Positions 35,401 through 49,662 of a stretch of DNA of 64,000 nucleotides are shown here, piece by piece. Position numbers and translations under genes: made by a program. The stretch's first letter is position 1; each line of letters begins with the position of its first letter. This DNA is from Phoronis australis (taxonomy: Eukaryota; Animalia; Phoronida): NCBI GenBank assembly GCA_002633005.1, contig NMRA01000771.1, positions 1 through 64,000 on the forward strand, in the 5' to 3' direction. Under the pieces are notes generated by a model. It had not been told where the DNA came from. It worked only from the letters and a program-made list of their open reading frames with translations, and searched no databases.

Positions 35401-37015
35401 CCTGTTTCACATGTTTTCCGTGTTTTTCTTCCTTTTTTTGGAGAATACTTCAGGAATCAAGGAGAATGCTTGATTTTTAGAGGAAAAAACAGAAAAATTT
35501 CCTGGGCGAGGAGGTCGGGAGGGGGTAAACCCCCATTCGGTGCTATGCACATCTACAACCGTGGTTTGCGGAAATGCTTACAGACAAAATGTTGGGCCCC
35601 CCTTGTGATATCCTAGATCCGCCACTGATCTATCGTCAATTTGTTTTTTGCCTGGAAACAGCACCGTGGCACAACTTGTTGAAATGGTATATGACATTCA
35701 TTTTAATGAATGTCATATACCACTTTAAGAAGGGTGAGAGTGTCAGGTCCATTTTTCTAGATATAGCTTCTGCTTTCGACTGTGTCCCTCACGACCTTCT
35801 ACTTCACAAATTTCGATCCTATGGCATTACTGGTAATCTTTTAACCATAATCACCTCATATCTAATGTTCAGGAGCTCGTGCAAAAAACTCAGAAACTAA
35901 TTAACCCACTTAAGCTTGTCTCTCGCCATCTGAATTCTACACAATCATTTAGAAGTTTTGTTCAAATCATTTATACTTCCACACATCGATTATTGTGATA
36001 TCATATATCAGTCGGCCAATACGGGTGCACTCCAACATTTGGAGAAATTACAGTATCAAGCTGCCTTACTCATAATCGGAGCTTACAGGGGATCCAATAG
36101 TGTTAAGGTTTTGAATAGTCTCAAGTGGCCCAACCTGTCTACTCGATGCAATCTTCACATGACCACATTTACTTTCAAAGTAATAAACAACGTCAACAAC
36201 GCCTCTGTCAAAAAAAATATTTGACCTATGCACTAGACAAGGCCATCGTAGTAATTTGAGATCCTCCACCCCATATGCAATTCCTCCGTCATTCAGTCAG
36301 GCATTCAGAAGGCCTACAGTCATGATGTGCATCAACAACTGGAATACTCTTCTAGTCTCTGTTAAGGAAAGCAACTCTTTTACGAGTATAAAAAATAATT
36401 TTAGAACTGTCTGTTTTTCACAGTTTTGATAACTCAGCACCCTTAACTCAATTCTCCCTTTCCCGCGATAACGAAATAGCATTGTACAGTTCAAGATGTG
36501 GTCTTTTCCTCAATTCTGACAAGTTTAGGCATAACTTTAGTAATGTTTCTCCAAACTGTAAATGTGGTGACCATCAATCTTATCCTCATATTTTCTTCAA
36601 ATGTCCACTCATCGAATACCTGAGAGACTCACTCTTTTGTGCACTCAATGAAAACCAATCAATTGTTAATGTTCTCAATTCTTGTAATAACATCCCTACT
36701 AAAGTTATATTATTATTGAATGGTAGTCCTAACTTTGACGTCGTTCTCAATGAATTCCTCCTAAGCAACGTTAGCAAATTTTTCTGTACCGTTTATCAAT
36801 ATTGCTGCTTCTGATTTCCATACATGAATCTGTACATATTTTTGTTTTCATATATTCACAATAGCATGCCTAAATATTGGGATACTTATATTAGATACTA
36901 CTTAAATGTACCTCTATGTATTTAGTTTCATTTATGAATTGTTTACAACCCAGACATAATGCTTCGCAACTTCTGTGTTTGTCATAATTTCTGTGTATGT
37001 CTTGTGTATTCTTCA
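32455..37015 (+). mobile_element. 5'-truncated, decayed second copy of the CR1/L2-group LINE, antisense in a Src intron
   Basis: Colinear with 10210-6160. Multiple frameshifts. The 2A motif is mutated to DVEEKTGP (33040-33066). An internal deletion near 35863 removes PQGSVLGP and YADD. Interrupted by a DNA transposon. Confidence 0.95.
34676..35627. mobile_element. 952-bp non-autonomous DNA transposon with hAT-like termini and a 5-bp TSD
   Basis: Left end CATAGGCGGATTTAGG; right end reverse-complements to CAGTGGCGGATCTAGG. ATCTA is duplicated at 34671-34675 and 35628-35632. The empty site is visible in LINE copy 1 near 7970. Confidence 0.85.
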
Positions 37016-37552
37016 CTTTAAAACATGGGGAATAACAACCTCGCTATGTAAACCTACATTCATCACTTGATAGCAAAATTGAGTCTACATATAGCTTTCA
37101 TCCATGTCCATAAAAATGTATTAAATTTGTAGCATGCAAAAGGCAGAAACAATTATTGATCAAAGAATTTTCTCTAAAATTGCAGTAAGCACATGCTAGA
37201 TACAGTGTACCAAAACTGTTTTTATATTCCAATGTGTGGAAATGGGTATGCAGAAACAGAACTGCAGAGCTGGAGAAAAAAAGAGTAATGAACTATCGTG
37301 ACAAAAGCAGAATAAGAACGCTTGTAAGGTCTGTCATGACTGCCACTGTAAAACATTCCAGTCAAGGTAGCTATACGAATTCGTTGAAATCAGCACCATG
37401 GCATGGATAAGGGTGCCCAGCCAGGCATACTTTTTTCGACTATAAAACATCGAAGAGTCAGGAGTCACCAAAGAACATGCGGAAATTTTTGAATTATAAA
37501 ATTTCCATCGTACACTGCAGCTGAAAAAAAATATTTCTGGTGCCCATTGTCA

Positions 37553-37865
<313 letters not shown>

Positions 37866-38159
37866 TATAATGGTAATCCCATTGTTTACATGGTCCAAAT
37901 CAAAGCCACCTCACTGCATTCTTATCTTTCAACTGAATGGCTACTGGAAACAATAAATTGTCTAAAATCCCCATGACAGCATTGTGGTTTTGGCAACTGA
38001 AATTGTCCCACTGTGACAAGCAACTTGATGTGCCAGGACTGAGGAAATAACGTAATGTTAGTTCTTTTCAACCCTAGTAATTATTTCTAATTTGGGTAAA
38101 GAACATGAGACCACTTTTCGTAAGAAGCCTAAATCAAAAGTTATTCTTACAGAAGATGG

Positions 38160-38700
38160 ATTTATTTATTTAAACTTCTTTAAAAAGACTGGGTGACCAC
38201 TTCCGTGAATACACTGATTTTCAAGCCGGCCCAGTCAGAAATTATAACGTGAAACAAAATACTGCTAGATATGTACAATTAGATTGAAAAGATTATTTAA
38301 ATAAATTAGTTATAAATCAGTTACGATGTACAATTAGATAACAAAATAGATTAAAATAATGATGAGCTGACTGAGGCTTACAGTCCAGATCCACGCACAA
38401 AGACCCAGTATTTCTGTATGAAGACATTGTGCACATTTGTGACGGCAGTCCCTAGCCCATTGTTAGCAATAGCACCTCTGCCGGCGAAAGTTCTTTTGCC
38501 GCAGTTCATTTTAGGTTTATCTGGCACCAGGCAGTCAGAAGCACTCGTTCTAGTACTGTAATTGTGAGAATCTCCGACCGCTTTGAGGTAACTTGGTGCA
38601 AGGTTATGTGTGGCTTTGTACACCATGAGGTTTAAAAGAAAGGTATGCTTGCTATCTAGACTGCACCAACAAGTGCATGGACGTCAGAAATGGGAAAATC
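38160..38700 (-). mobile_element. L2/Crack-like LINE 3' fragment
   Basis: VYKATHNLAPSYL...HNYSTR...GKRTFAGRG C-terminal motif. 3' UTR stem GACTGGG...CCCAGTC and an (AATA)n tail at 38160-38172. Confidence 0.7.
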
Positions 38701-38732
38701 GCTATTGCACATTTAAGCTATGCACTTACAAT

Positions 38733-39864
38733 AGTCCCTTTGCGAGTTTATAACACTAACGCAAGATTATGTGACACTTAACTGTGACGTCATCAGAAGT
38801 GGGGCAAAAGCTTGTCGTTTGGCCATTTGCCCGATACGGTAGCAGAGTGTATTCTGTTGTTTACTTCGTGTTTTTAATCTTTTAGTGTAAAAAATGCCAA
38901 ACAAGCATTGCTGTCATGGCAATATGTTCCACCGCCTTCTGTACTAATTTTGTCCCATGTATTTTAAACGTGAGGTAGGCGAAATCCGCTCACTCATTAA
39001 GTTTTCACCTCGTCAAAAATACATTCTACACCTAAAATTATCACCTGAAAGGCGCTTACTTTCTTCAGTGATCCTTTCTGCTTCTAAACATATCTTCGAT
39101 GAAGCATATCTACTGGAATTCAGGTGACTTTGGCAAAGAATTCTAACTCCACTTTTTGGTTACTGTTAACTTGACCGTGCATGGGATAATCACAAAGTAT
39201 TTTGACTGAGTCAGGTGAGTATGAGGCAAAGGCTAGCGCAAGACTGAGCGAAGTGCGTGACCTGGCGCGTGACACTTGCACAATAGCATGGAAAATATCA
39301 AGTGAAATTTGTAAGATTTGTGTCCCTTGGACTTTTAGTTCGTCAACAGGCGTGATTTGACGTAACTTCCTCAAAATGGTGCCCCGTGAGAGAAACTCGA
39401 GCAAACTGCGAGGTTTTCCTGGATATGTTAAAGTTATTTGTAAACTATTTTGTATCCAGAGTCAGCGTATGTGCTAATTATAACTCCATATGCACGTATG
39501 CACGTTTCAATTGCTTTTATTTGCTGTATTTTGAAATGTATTGAGTAACTTTTTATGAGGATATACTATCGCCCCAGTATGCCTGCGGCATTCAGGCCTA
39601 GACCGAGTCGAGTTCCAGTTTCAGTCCGTTCACAGCTTCACACAACAAAACAAGTTCACATTTTCTTCATTCATTCAGTTATTCCACGATCCATCTACCA
39701 TCCCTTAAATCGTGTTAAAGTTTTAAGCGTAAAATTCACCATAAGAACTCCAGAAAGATTTCGCGTGTGCAGCAAAGACACGGGGTAAAACAAGAACAAT
39801 ATGGCCGGTTTTGCCCTCCTTCCAGTGACATCACATTGACTAACTGGAAACTCACAAGTGAGCT
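38733..39864. mobile_element. ISL2EU/Harbinger-related non-autonomous DNA transposon
   Basis: Left end AT|AGTCCCTTTGCGAGTTT; right end reverse-complements to AT|AGCTCACTTGTGAGTTT. Inner inverted GTGACGTCA..GAAG..GGGCAAAA motif. THAP-like start MPNKHCCHG at 38894. Confidence 0.6.
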
Positions 39865-40049
39865 ATTATGCAGAGCAAGTATAGACTGACTACTTTATGA
39901 CATGGGTTTGCACAGCGGCCAGAATTAAAAATGATGGGCAAAATTTAAAAAATTGCTTGAAATGACAGCTACTTTTTTAGCGAGAATGTATATTTCTAAG
40001 TTCGATTTAAGTGATGTAAATATCAAATAAAGATTCCTTTTGGAGCCGA

Positions 40050-41140
40050 AAAGTTGTATCTTGAGTTTGTCGCTCTACAGCCATTTCGTCCATATCTCAC
40101 AGACTTGGTTCACTACCTGGTGCACCCTATTTGGTTGTAAAATTAAACAATAAAAACAAACACGGGGGATTCCCTAATGTCGGGAAGAATCCTGTAGCAG
40201 GTCAGAATACACCCCAGGGAGATCAAGTAAAGGATCTCTGTTCAAACTTGGTCAGTGGACTTGAATCTCAATAACTCCTTGTACCTTGCCCTTCCACTTA
40301 ACTTAATACACTGAAATCCTCACCAAAGACCTGGAGATGTAGATTCTTGGCATGTTTGTGAATACCATTGCAATGGCCCTTAACCCTGCTTGATAACTGG
40401 TGACCTGTCTCACCAATATAGTTATCAGTACACTCACCACACTTTCCTAGATCACACCACCCCTCTTGAGGGGGCGACATATCTTTCACTGATGCGAGGA
40501 TGGACTGGATAGTGTTAAATGGTTGGTGAAAGGATTTGATGTTGTGTTTCTGATAAATAGTCTGAATCCTTTCAGAGACACCTCTGATGTAAGGAATACA
40601 CACTGGAAGTTGATGATTGGAGGATCAGGGGGGTCACTCTGACGTGATCGTTCCTTGTAACACACATTAAACCTCCAGTCACGATATCCGTTGACACGTT
40701 ATATACACTTCACATGATGAACCTGAACTTCCCTTTCATTGTGATCTGAAACAAGTTTCTCTGCTCTGTTGAGTAGAGTTCGTACCACTGATCGTTTGTT
40801 AGACAGATGGTGATTTGATGCGAAGCTAAGATATCAATCATTGTTCTTAGGCTTGCAGTAAGTGGAAGTGGAGATGGAACCATCATAGTGTGCCATCTTG
40901 TTCGAGTTCCCAAGTTAATTGGATGGATGGATGGATCTAGACTGTTAAGAAGTGACCAAGTCTGAACAGAGATCCTGGACTTGATCTCCCTACGATATAC
41001 TCTGTTAAGGAATTCCCCCTGGCATTAGGGAATGCTCCATGTTTGTATTTATTGTTTCATTCCACAACGAAAGATGTTGTACCTGGTGGTGAACCAAGTC
41101 CGTGAGATATGGATGAAACGGTTGTACTCTGAAAATGTCA
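40050..41140 (-). mobile_element. Second Penelope-like fragment (different family) with inverted pLTRs of about 200 bp
   Basis: IPYIRGVSERI...CGECTDNYIGETG GIY-YIG region (40298-40603). 40070-40258 is the diverged reverse complement of 40951-41130. Confidence 0.8.
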
Positions 41141-43616
41141 AAGTACAGCTTTTCAGTTCCAAAAGTACCTTTATTTAATACTTTCTTAATATTATCGGCT
41201 GGTCGGCCATTTTTCAAATAAATATGCCATAAGTCATTTCAAAAATAAGAAATTTACTACACAAAAACTGCTTTCTTAGCATATTTTTCAGTATTCTGTG
41301 CGTCCCGCAACACTTGTTGAACTTAACGGCAATAGTGTTAGAAATATCAACATACCTTTGATTGGAAATGCTTTAGACGACTCTTATTGGTTACTGCTTG
41401 TGCATTTCTCACTTAGACGAATATTATTGATAAATTTTGGTGCATTTCTCATTGTCACTGGCCAATCAAAATTGAGCTCATCTCATTGCCTTATAAGGAC
41501 TTTTGTTGGCTGGTCCAGTATTTATGATTTCGGTACCCCCTATGAAAAACTGCCATGCTGTTCACAACACTTTACTTTAGCAGCAGTGCAAGACGATTGT
41601 GGTTTTGGGGAGAGTAATTCCAGGATTATGCAAAGCCAGTGTAGTCTCTGGTTTCTGTTATGGTTTACATGAGCATTCTAGATACTATTACTTAGTCATG
41701 TCTTCTGCTGCGTAAAAACCTAAAAAGACTTAAGAATATTTTACAAACTGACACAGATAATCCAGTTCCACATCCGAACAGTTGTGATAACGCGGCCCAG
41801 ACAATGAAATGTAAATACGCATACAAAGAACAGTGAACCTTTCACAGTATTGTATTTTTGCCGACAACACCAGACATCGACATTTTTACAATTAGCTCCA
41901 AACTTGAGAATAGATGGATCTTAACAGGAAAAACAGTGACAATCCTAAAAATATTGAAAACATACTTGCAAACATTTGACAATCCAGTCAATATCTTTTT
42001 AGAAATATTGCTCTCCCCTTCAAGTAAATGAAAGCGCAGCCACATGAATTGGTTTGTTTACTCTACCTAATTATATATTCAAGATGGTGGACGAAGCCAT
42101 GGACTCTTATACAGTGCAATTTCTGCAAGAATTCTGGTCATGTAGATTCGGGTGTACCAACTTTTTGACGTTGAATTCAACTAAGGGTATTTACTATGAA
42201 TGCAGTGCAAGACAGTCAAGACCACGTACGATAAAAATGCAACTGGATTTACCAAGACATTTTACTTGAACTGTCTGCATCATGGAAGAAAAAACATTGT
42301 TGCTGAAAGCTTTACCTCTGAACTAGACTTTGTTTACACTGACATCAGTAATATGAACATTGCATTTTTTAAGTAAAATGTTTCCGCACAGTGTTTCAAA
42401 AATGTGTGCATTGGCTTTCATTTTCTCAATGACACTTTTATTTTCACTTCACAGTACTAAATTATTACATGGGTGGATACACCACTACATGACACCGCAC
42501 CTACAGCAGTACTGGTAGATCGCCAGCTCTGGCATGTTGGGTCTAATTTATTTTTTGTTGAAAATGTGGACTTCTAGTTGAAATCTAGTTTAAACCCCTA
42601 CTTTAAGGTCTGTGAAAGCCTGGCTATGCATAAGAATAGAGCCAAAACTGATCAAAGATGGCATTTCCTTGTTGTCAAAAATTAATTTTAGACACAACTG
42701 CAAGGGGTAGAATTAGCTAGACAAATGTTTTAGAAACAATTTGAGTTCCAACAGGTTTGATTTCACCTCACAAATAAACTCAGAAAAATATTTAGTTTTA
42801 GCCACGCAGCAAATTTTACATCAAGGCTCGGGTTTAATCTGCTTACTTGAAATCAAATTCTAAGACATTTTTGACATTTTCTATTCTACTTTTGTGCAAA
42901 AACAAGATGAGTGTCTATCATTGTATGCTCTATCACAGAATGACTTACATAGATAACTGCATAATCCTGGTTCGCGCTTAAAGATCCCATCATTACGACT
43001 GAAAGTTCAAGTTTTACACGAAATGTTGAATTTTTACTAGTTTTTAGTTTAAATCTAAGGGTTATCAAGAGCGAGCTTTGACTAGAAACTCATTTGCATA
43101 AACCCTGAAATACTGAAGCACAGAATAATTGACACTTATATTGAGTTTGCACAGTAGCATGAAAAATGACAAAAATAATTTCAAGCTTGATTTTGAGTAA
43201 AAAGATTAGATATTGGCCCCAGGTCTTGAATGCTTAAAACTTTAAAACTGATCTGGACTGGATTGCATAAAACTTCAAAATTATCCACTGAATAACTTTG
43301 ATTGTTGCGTGACGTCCGGTTTATTGTTCAAAATTAACAATGTGACGCGCAACAATGACATCATTGTTGCTATGCGGTGTATAACTTTTATGCAACTGAG
43401 CCCTGTTGGATACGTTTGATTGTTTTAAGATGCTAAATGCACTATGCAACAATGGCAACCCGACATGTGATAAAATGACCTCATTGTTGCTATCCAGACT
43501 GCAACTTCGGTTCAACCTGGCCCAGAAGTGAATTAAACAGTTTCGCCAATAACGCTGTCTAATGTACCAACAACCATATGGTGAAGAATGACAGATATCT
43601 TGATGACCAAACAAAC

Positions 43617-43781
43617 CTTTCCAGACTTCGCCAAACTGTCCAGCCCCCAACTTTTCCATCATCTTGAGAGAACTGCGCGGAATCTCCCAGTTGTCCTTTG
43701 TCTCTCTGTTCAAGTCCCACATCTGAGGTTTCATCTTAGGGCAGGCCTGAGTCAACTTGTGACAGAGGCCATCAGACGATT
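43617..43781 (-). CDS. Src-family kinase coding exon 6 (SH2 end, linker, P-loop: [10 protein letters not shown]...[24 protein letters not shown])
   Basis: tag|AA...AAAG|gtttgt; 165 nt; WEI and GxGxFG motifs. Confidence 0.96.
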
Positions 43782-44096
43782 CTACAGACACAGTAGTGAA
43801 ATGAGTTTAATTTGCAGAATGTGATTTATGATGAGAAATATACTGACTTTGCCACCACAAGGCTTACCGAGGGGAGACAGTAAGTGTTCATGTAATAATT
43901 ATTGTAAATATGATGACAGCATGGAATGTCATGATTACGCATTAATCTATATGCACTTAATGATAATTGTACTATAAATGTAGCCACTTACAGGGGCTAT
44001 CCCATTTTGAGAACCAGTTTGATACCCATTATTCACTGCAGAAAACTGGATCTTAAAATGCAAAACCCCTGTAATGTCTATTACGAAGAACACTAA

Positions 44097-44603
44097 AAGG
44101 CTTTTCATACTAACGTCGAAGCGTCGATGGTTTGGGGAGTTGCAGTCAGTATGAATGCTTAACTCCGGTCCTGGATCGCAGTTAACAGCTCCAGTTAACT
44201 TCGCAGTTAACAGGTGGATTTAAGACCGCAGCGTCGACGCTGCTATGCAGTATGAATGCTTAACTACGGTCCAATCGAATTAATCGCCAGGTGCCACTAT
44301 TATCGTCAACAGTTACAAGGTAGTGCAGTCACTATTAGCTGCTTATATTTTGCTCTAATAATAACCTATCGATTTAAAAATAAGTTTAATGTCACTTAGC
44401 ACATTTAAATATTTCCAAATTAAAACACTGAAAAAAATCTTAGCGTGCAATGCTACCTTGCGATAACTTCGATGACGACAGCAGCACCAACCGCTTACTT
44501 CGATGTTTATTAACTACCGAAGCCAGTATGAACAGTCCAGTTAACTGCCCTGTTTACGTCGACGCTCCGCTTAGACCGAAGTAAAGTCAATATGAAAGGG
44601 CCT
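44097..44603. mobile_element. PIF/Harbinger-like MITE
   Basis: TAA TSD (44094-96 and 44604-06). TIRs AAGGCTTTTCATACT and, on the reverse strand, AGGCCCTTTCATATT. Internal palindromes GTCGAC and GTTAAC, and repeated AGTATGAA. Confidence 0.7.
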
Positions 44604-45377
44604 TAAAAAGCATTTACTGGTGATTAAAATGCTATGCATAAATACTACAAGAGCAACATACATAGCCATTTTGTTAATGATAAATTATAAACCACCTTTT
44701 CACTAATTGTACACTGTCTCAGTTTTGTCCATGTTAAGCTACGCAATTAAATGTTATGAAGGACCCTACAAAATGTCTAAATGGCAGCTAATTTGGAGCA
44801 TCATTACTCAGAAATAGCTGTCGAACTTGTGTGAAATTTGCAGATACAACGCTTTCCGCAATATTCTCCAATACACTTCTAAAGTTGGTTTTTGAAATGC
44901 TCCACTTTTGCATTATTGAATACTAAAAAAGAGACTTTTATTGTTTTTATAAAAAGTTAAAAGTTGCATGATACATAATGAAATATTTTTAAAAAACTGT
45001 ACAAGAACTTTTGAACTCTCATCTGACTTGAACATTGACAATCAACAAAATTTGAAGAACGTTATTGAAACCATTGTTTTGTACTTTTTCGCTACATTTT
45101 ACTAAAAAATCATAGTCACATGACCCAATTAATGACAGATTGGTAAAAAGTCTAAAATAAAATTCTTCAGGGTTTCTGCTTCCAGAAATATATTTTTAGT
45201 GAGTTAAATCTATATCTTAGTAGACTTCGGTTAAATACGCAGACTTGTCAATAGGTCCTACATAACTTTAAACAGTCTGGTACAAAATATTGTTTTGAAA
45301 AGCATCATGTAAGACTAAGAATGATGTTGAAGATATTTATTGAAAAGACGTGTCCAAAACACTTCAAACTTTCTTAC

Positions 45378-45527
45378 CTGCATAGTGAGCAACCAGGTCT
45401 GGCAATGTGTTGAAGCGTCTCCTAGTGGTAATGTAATAACCTCCATTGTCCAAATTGCGTATCTTGTAATGTTTCACATTGTCTTTCTTCTGTTCATCGT
45501 AATCCCGCACAGACAATGAATACATGC
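45378..45527 (-). CDS. Src-family kinase coding exon 5 (SH2: [50 protein letters not shown])
   Basis: cag|GC...GCAG|gtaaga; 150 nt. Confidence 0.97.
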
Positions 45528-46699
45528 CTGGAATGCACCAGAAATTTACAAGACATAGTAACAACTTTGTACGGCATGTTAGAGTTTAGACTAAAGTATT
45601 GTAGGCTCTAAAGTCTTGACATCATTTTCAACCACCTTGATAAATCAATCATAGGAGCACACATCAAACATGATTACAGCCACACTCACACAGTGTACAA
45701 GTAAATCAATAGGTGAAACAAAACAGAATATGAACAGACCAGGCTACAGGAATTGTCTGTCGCTGTCTGCCAGGTTATAAATGGTACAACAGGTCTCAGA
45801 AGGTTGCAAATTCATTTCACAGGATTTTTCCACCAAGCTTGAAGTACGCAGACATGGCTAGTGAAGATCCAAAAACATTAAGTACAAATTAAGAACTAAT
45901 GACATCACAACCCAGCCATCACTTTAATTGGCTGTAACTTAGTCTTATTTGGAATGAATCAATATTCAATGGAAGTGATAACCACAGATCTTACAGTATA
46001 GGCTAAAAGCAATCAAGACAAAAATACCATGTCCCTGTCTTAATGGGTCATTCTAGCACCTCTGAAGGTGAATTCCACTTGCACTTAGCTGTCAAAATAG
46101 GAAATTCCGCCTACGCTCATTTTGTCAGATTATTTTTGGTGTGCATTGTAACTTGTTTCTAACAGAATATGATGCTTCATTAAATTCCAGTACTTAGCCC
46201 AGACTATCACAATTAAACCTCCCGGGTCAACTACCATGATTGCATACCAGACAGATGTAAAGAATGGTAATACCATGAGTGACTGTTTTGACTCCACACC
46301 ATTACAATAAAGGCGAAATGGCTAGATTCAACTCCACAAACTAATTTATCGCTAGTTCGAAGCAGAAAAATTGGCACTAATTTCCGACAGTTTCTCATAC
46401 TATAAAAAATGCTTGCGTTATTTTTAAAATGAATTGTTTGATTAACCATAATTGGTGTTTTTAAGCCAAATATCCGATAAAATAACCACTGACAGTGAAT
46501 GCTTACACACCCTTACACTGAAAAATAACTGTCAGATAGTCACGTAGTCCAGCCACATGGCGACTAATATGGTTTTACCGAGACAAATGTTGAACGTTTT
46601 TAGCACATGAGACCGGCAAGTGCTGAATGAAACACTCTGATTTAGGCCTACTGCTTGCGCAAATTTCTTTAGATACAATGCACAATAGTTCATTAGATT

Positions 46700-47314
46700 G
46701 CGTGGCTCTGACCAAAAGACGGTCTCTGCTCTGGCAAATAAACTCTAGTGACACGCACGCGCTCGCTTACTCACAAACGCAGACAACTTCAAAACAAATG
46801 TCACGTGACAAAAACATGTGTGTTCGTCCAGACATTTTTCTGATGTTACCAATCATACATGTAGATGGCACGATATCAGCACAGATTTGTACTTAATCCT
46901 GCCGTGATCTTGACTCCACGGCAATTTAAAAATTTTAGGGATGCCAAATTTGGAAAACTTAAGGAGGATTTCAGGTAATTTGGTTGAGTCGAAACTGTAC
47001 TTTTATTCAAGCATTCAAGTCGCCATATCGACAATTGCGAGGCAGGGAGTCAGCCAGTTTTCGCCCAGGGATTTCAGCACAATTTTCTGTAAAATGATCA
47101 TAATTTAGCAGCAAAGTTTGATAGCAATGCACCACGGTTTTGTAAAAAGTCTTTCAAAGATGACAAATACATTACAGAGCGTAAATATAATAAATCTTAG
47201 CTTCCGATTTCACTCATTTCGGAGACCAGGTTTCAACGGCCTTGGGTTATAATAAGCTACCCCTCTGAAACAAACTTTTCTAAGCGCCCTGGGCGGTTAT
47301 TACGGCGAATACGG
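46700..47314. mobile_element. Right-hand part of a second copy of the pogo-like element at 20986-23268
   Basis: Colinear with 22650-23268. Ends GGGCGGTTATTACGGCGAATACGG|TA. Left boundary approximate. Confidence 0.75.
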
Positions 47315-47624
47315 TATGACCGACTCATTAAACAGAACTTGCACATTGAACTCTGAAGGCAAGCCCGAGATCTGAGACACGATCATGAGCCCTGGGGCCT
47401 GTTTTTTGAAGAGTCAAAAGCTAAAAGCTGTTTTTTTTGATTCTGGCTTTTAGCCTATTGCCGAGCAGGATACATATTTCTTTCTTTAGGCTTCGAGCTG
47501 TAGACAGATTTACTGACTATTAGCCCTAACCCCATTTCATGAAACTGGCTATGCCATTTGTAGATTGGTTTTAGCCAATAGAACCAGTACCCTGACCTCT
47601 TCACACCAATCATTCAGATCATCA

Positions 47625-47825
<201 letters not shown>

Positions 47826-48277
47826 TCAGTATAATATTTACAATAAAACAATGAGAGTAATAACAATAACTGTGATGATGAGAATGGCAATAACAATAAT
47901 AATAACAACAATAATAACAATGCTATTGTTAGATTGTTATGTAAGTGTAAACATGCTTTGAATAACTGACTGTTTGAAACTCTTGTCTTTAGATGTACAG
48001 CTATGTAAAATGACGGGGTAAGACGTTCAGTTAACAAACTTTTCTCGATTTTATCGCACTCATTTACTCAATTCATGTACCTAGCACTACAGAGAATACC
48101 CCCGATAGTTTGAAAGAAAAAGTCATTTACCAATTTACCAGAATCAAAAACCATAGACCCTTTAAACCTAACAGCCAACTTAGCCTCCTTCAAACTTGAT
48201 TCACAACATGATATAACTATAAAATACATTAATCACATGATAAACCATATTATTTTGGAAATTAACAGTTTACTCAC

Positions 48278-48376
48278 TCATAGCTATCTATGCTATCTTC
48301 CACAGCGACATAGTTCCTTGGAATGTAACCTTGTGTTTTGTTGGTCATGTGGAATGCTATCCACCAATCAGTGTCG
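48278..48376 (-). CDS. Src-family kinase coding exon 3 (SH3: SDTDWWIAFHMTNKTQGYIPRNYVAVEDSIDSY)
   Basis: cag|C...GA|gtgagt; 99 nt. WW and GYIPxNYV motifs. Not in the supplied ORF track. Confidence 0.95.
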
Positions 48377-49120
48377 CTGTAAGAAAAATGCAACTACCAT
48401 TATTGGTTGTGTTCTAAAGTATCAGATCGACATTGTAGGAAAGTTTAGAATTAAGACGTTTTGGACTCAGTGTGACAGCCTGTCTATTCTTATTTCCAGG
48501 TCCAAATTACGTCATCTACTGCCCTGACACGTCATCACTAAATATCCGAATACAAACAAACAATAGGTAACTATCAACAAACTATAAGACAAACACATTA
48601 CAGCTCCTTTACCTAAAATATTGTTATTACTGCAGCACTTTTCATAAAACTTGACATTTTTCTTCTCATAAACATCAGTGATATTTTGCAGCAAAAATTC
48701 TAGCACAAGGATTATTTTTTGTCCAGATTAATTCTGTGTTTTTGTCATAACTTTAAGCTAGATGAATTTTGACAAAATGAGCTAACCTTTTTGAAAACTA
48801 TTTATATAAGTGATACTCCATAAGAAGGCACAACAAATAGTTTGATCAGCCATCAAACGACCAATTTTGGTCATGAAAGTTTTGATAAACCACAATTTGA
48901 CAAAACAGTCTGTATCTAACAGTCATAACTCATATTTTTATAATATAGATTTCAGCTGCCTTTTGGTAATTACCACATTTTTGAGTTTTAAAAACACAAA
49001 ATAATGATCTTTGGGGAAAGTTGATAGTTACAACAGTCCAACCACAGCCGTTCCGACAACTCACTGCTCACCACCGCACTAAAGCTCATGAATTAACTCT
49101 ACATAGAGGTGATTTCTAAC

Positions 49121-49217
49121 CTTTCATCCACAATCTTCATCACATCACCCTTTTTGAAGGAAAGATCTTCGTCAGCTCTGGCATCGTAGTCATATATTGC
49201 ACGAACTGTCTTACCAT
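49121..49217 (-). CDS. Src-family kinase coding exon 2 (SH3: DGKTVRAIYDYDARADEDLSFKKGDVMKIVDE)
   Basis: tag|AT...AAG|gttaga; 97 nt. AxYDY and DLSFKKG motifs. Not in the supplied ORF track. Confidence 0.95.
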
Positions 49218-49662
49218 CTACGCAAAAGAAAAATATGCCGTTTGACAACATTTGCTAAAAAGACATCAAGATCAAGGTGGGCATTAGTGAAGAGGGAGCA
49301 AGTCATAAGGATTTCATAACATGATTTTTGATCTTAACCACGTTATCACTGGTAAGGTACTATAAAACCTGAATTAAAGTAGAGAACTTCTTCAATAACA
49401 GTCAAAATGTAGGCAATTAGACTTCATTAAGTGACATTTCCGAGCTAAAGTAATTTCTAAGAAAATTGATGTTGTTCAAAACCAAGTTTTGTATAGCAAA
49501 AAATTGCACCCAAATATTTGGCAAAATTTGAAGCACTTGCAGCACTGTAGTTAGCTCGTCAAAATTAAGAAAGGGACCATTTAGCAAATAAATTTGTTTC
49601 AATTTAGTACAACCTGGGCTGGTTAGTAGCTTTATCATTTCCCTCTAGACAACTTTCCTTAC

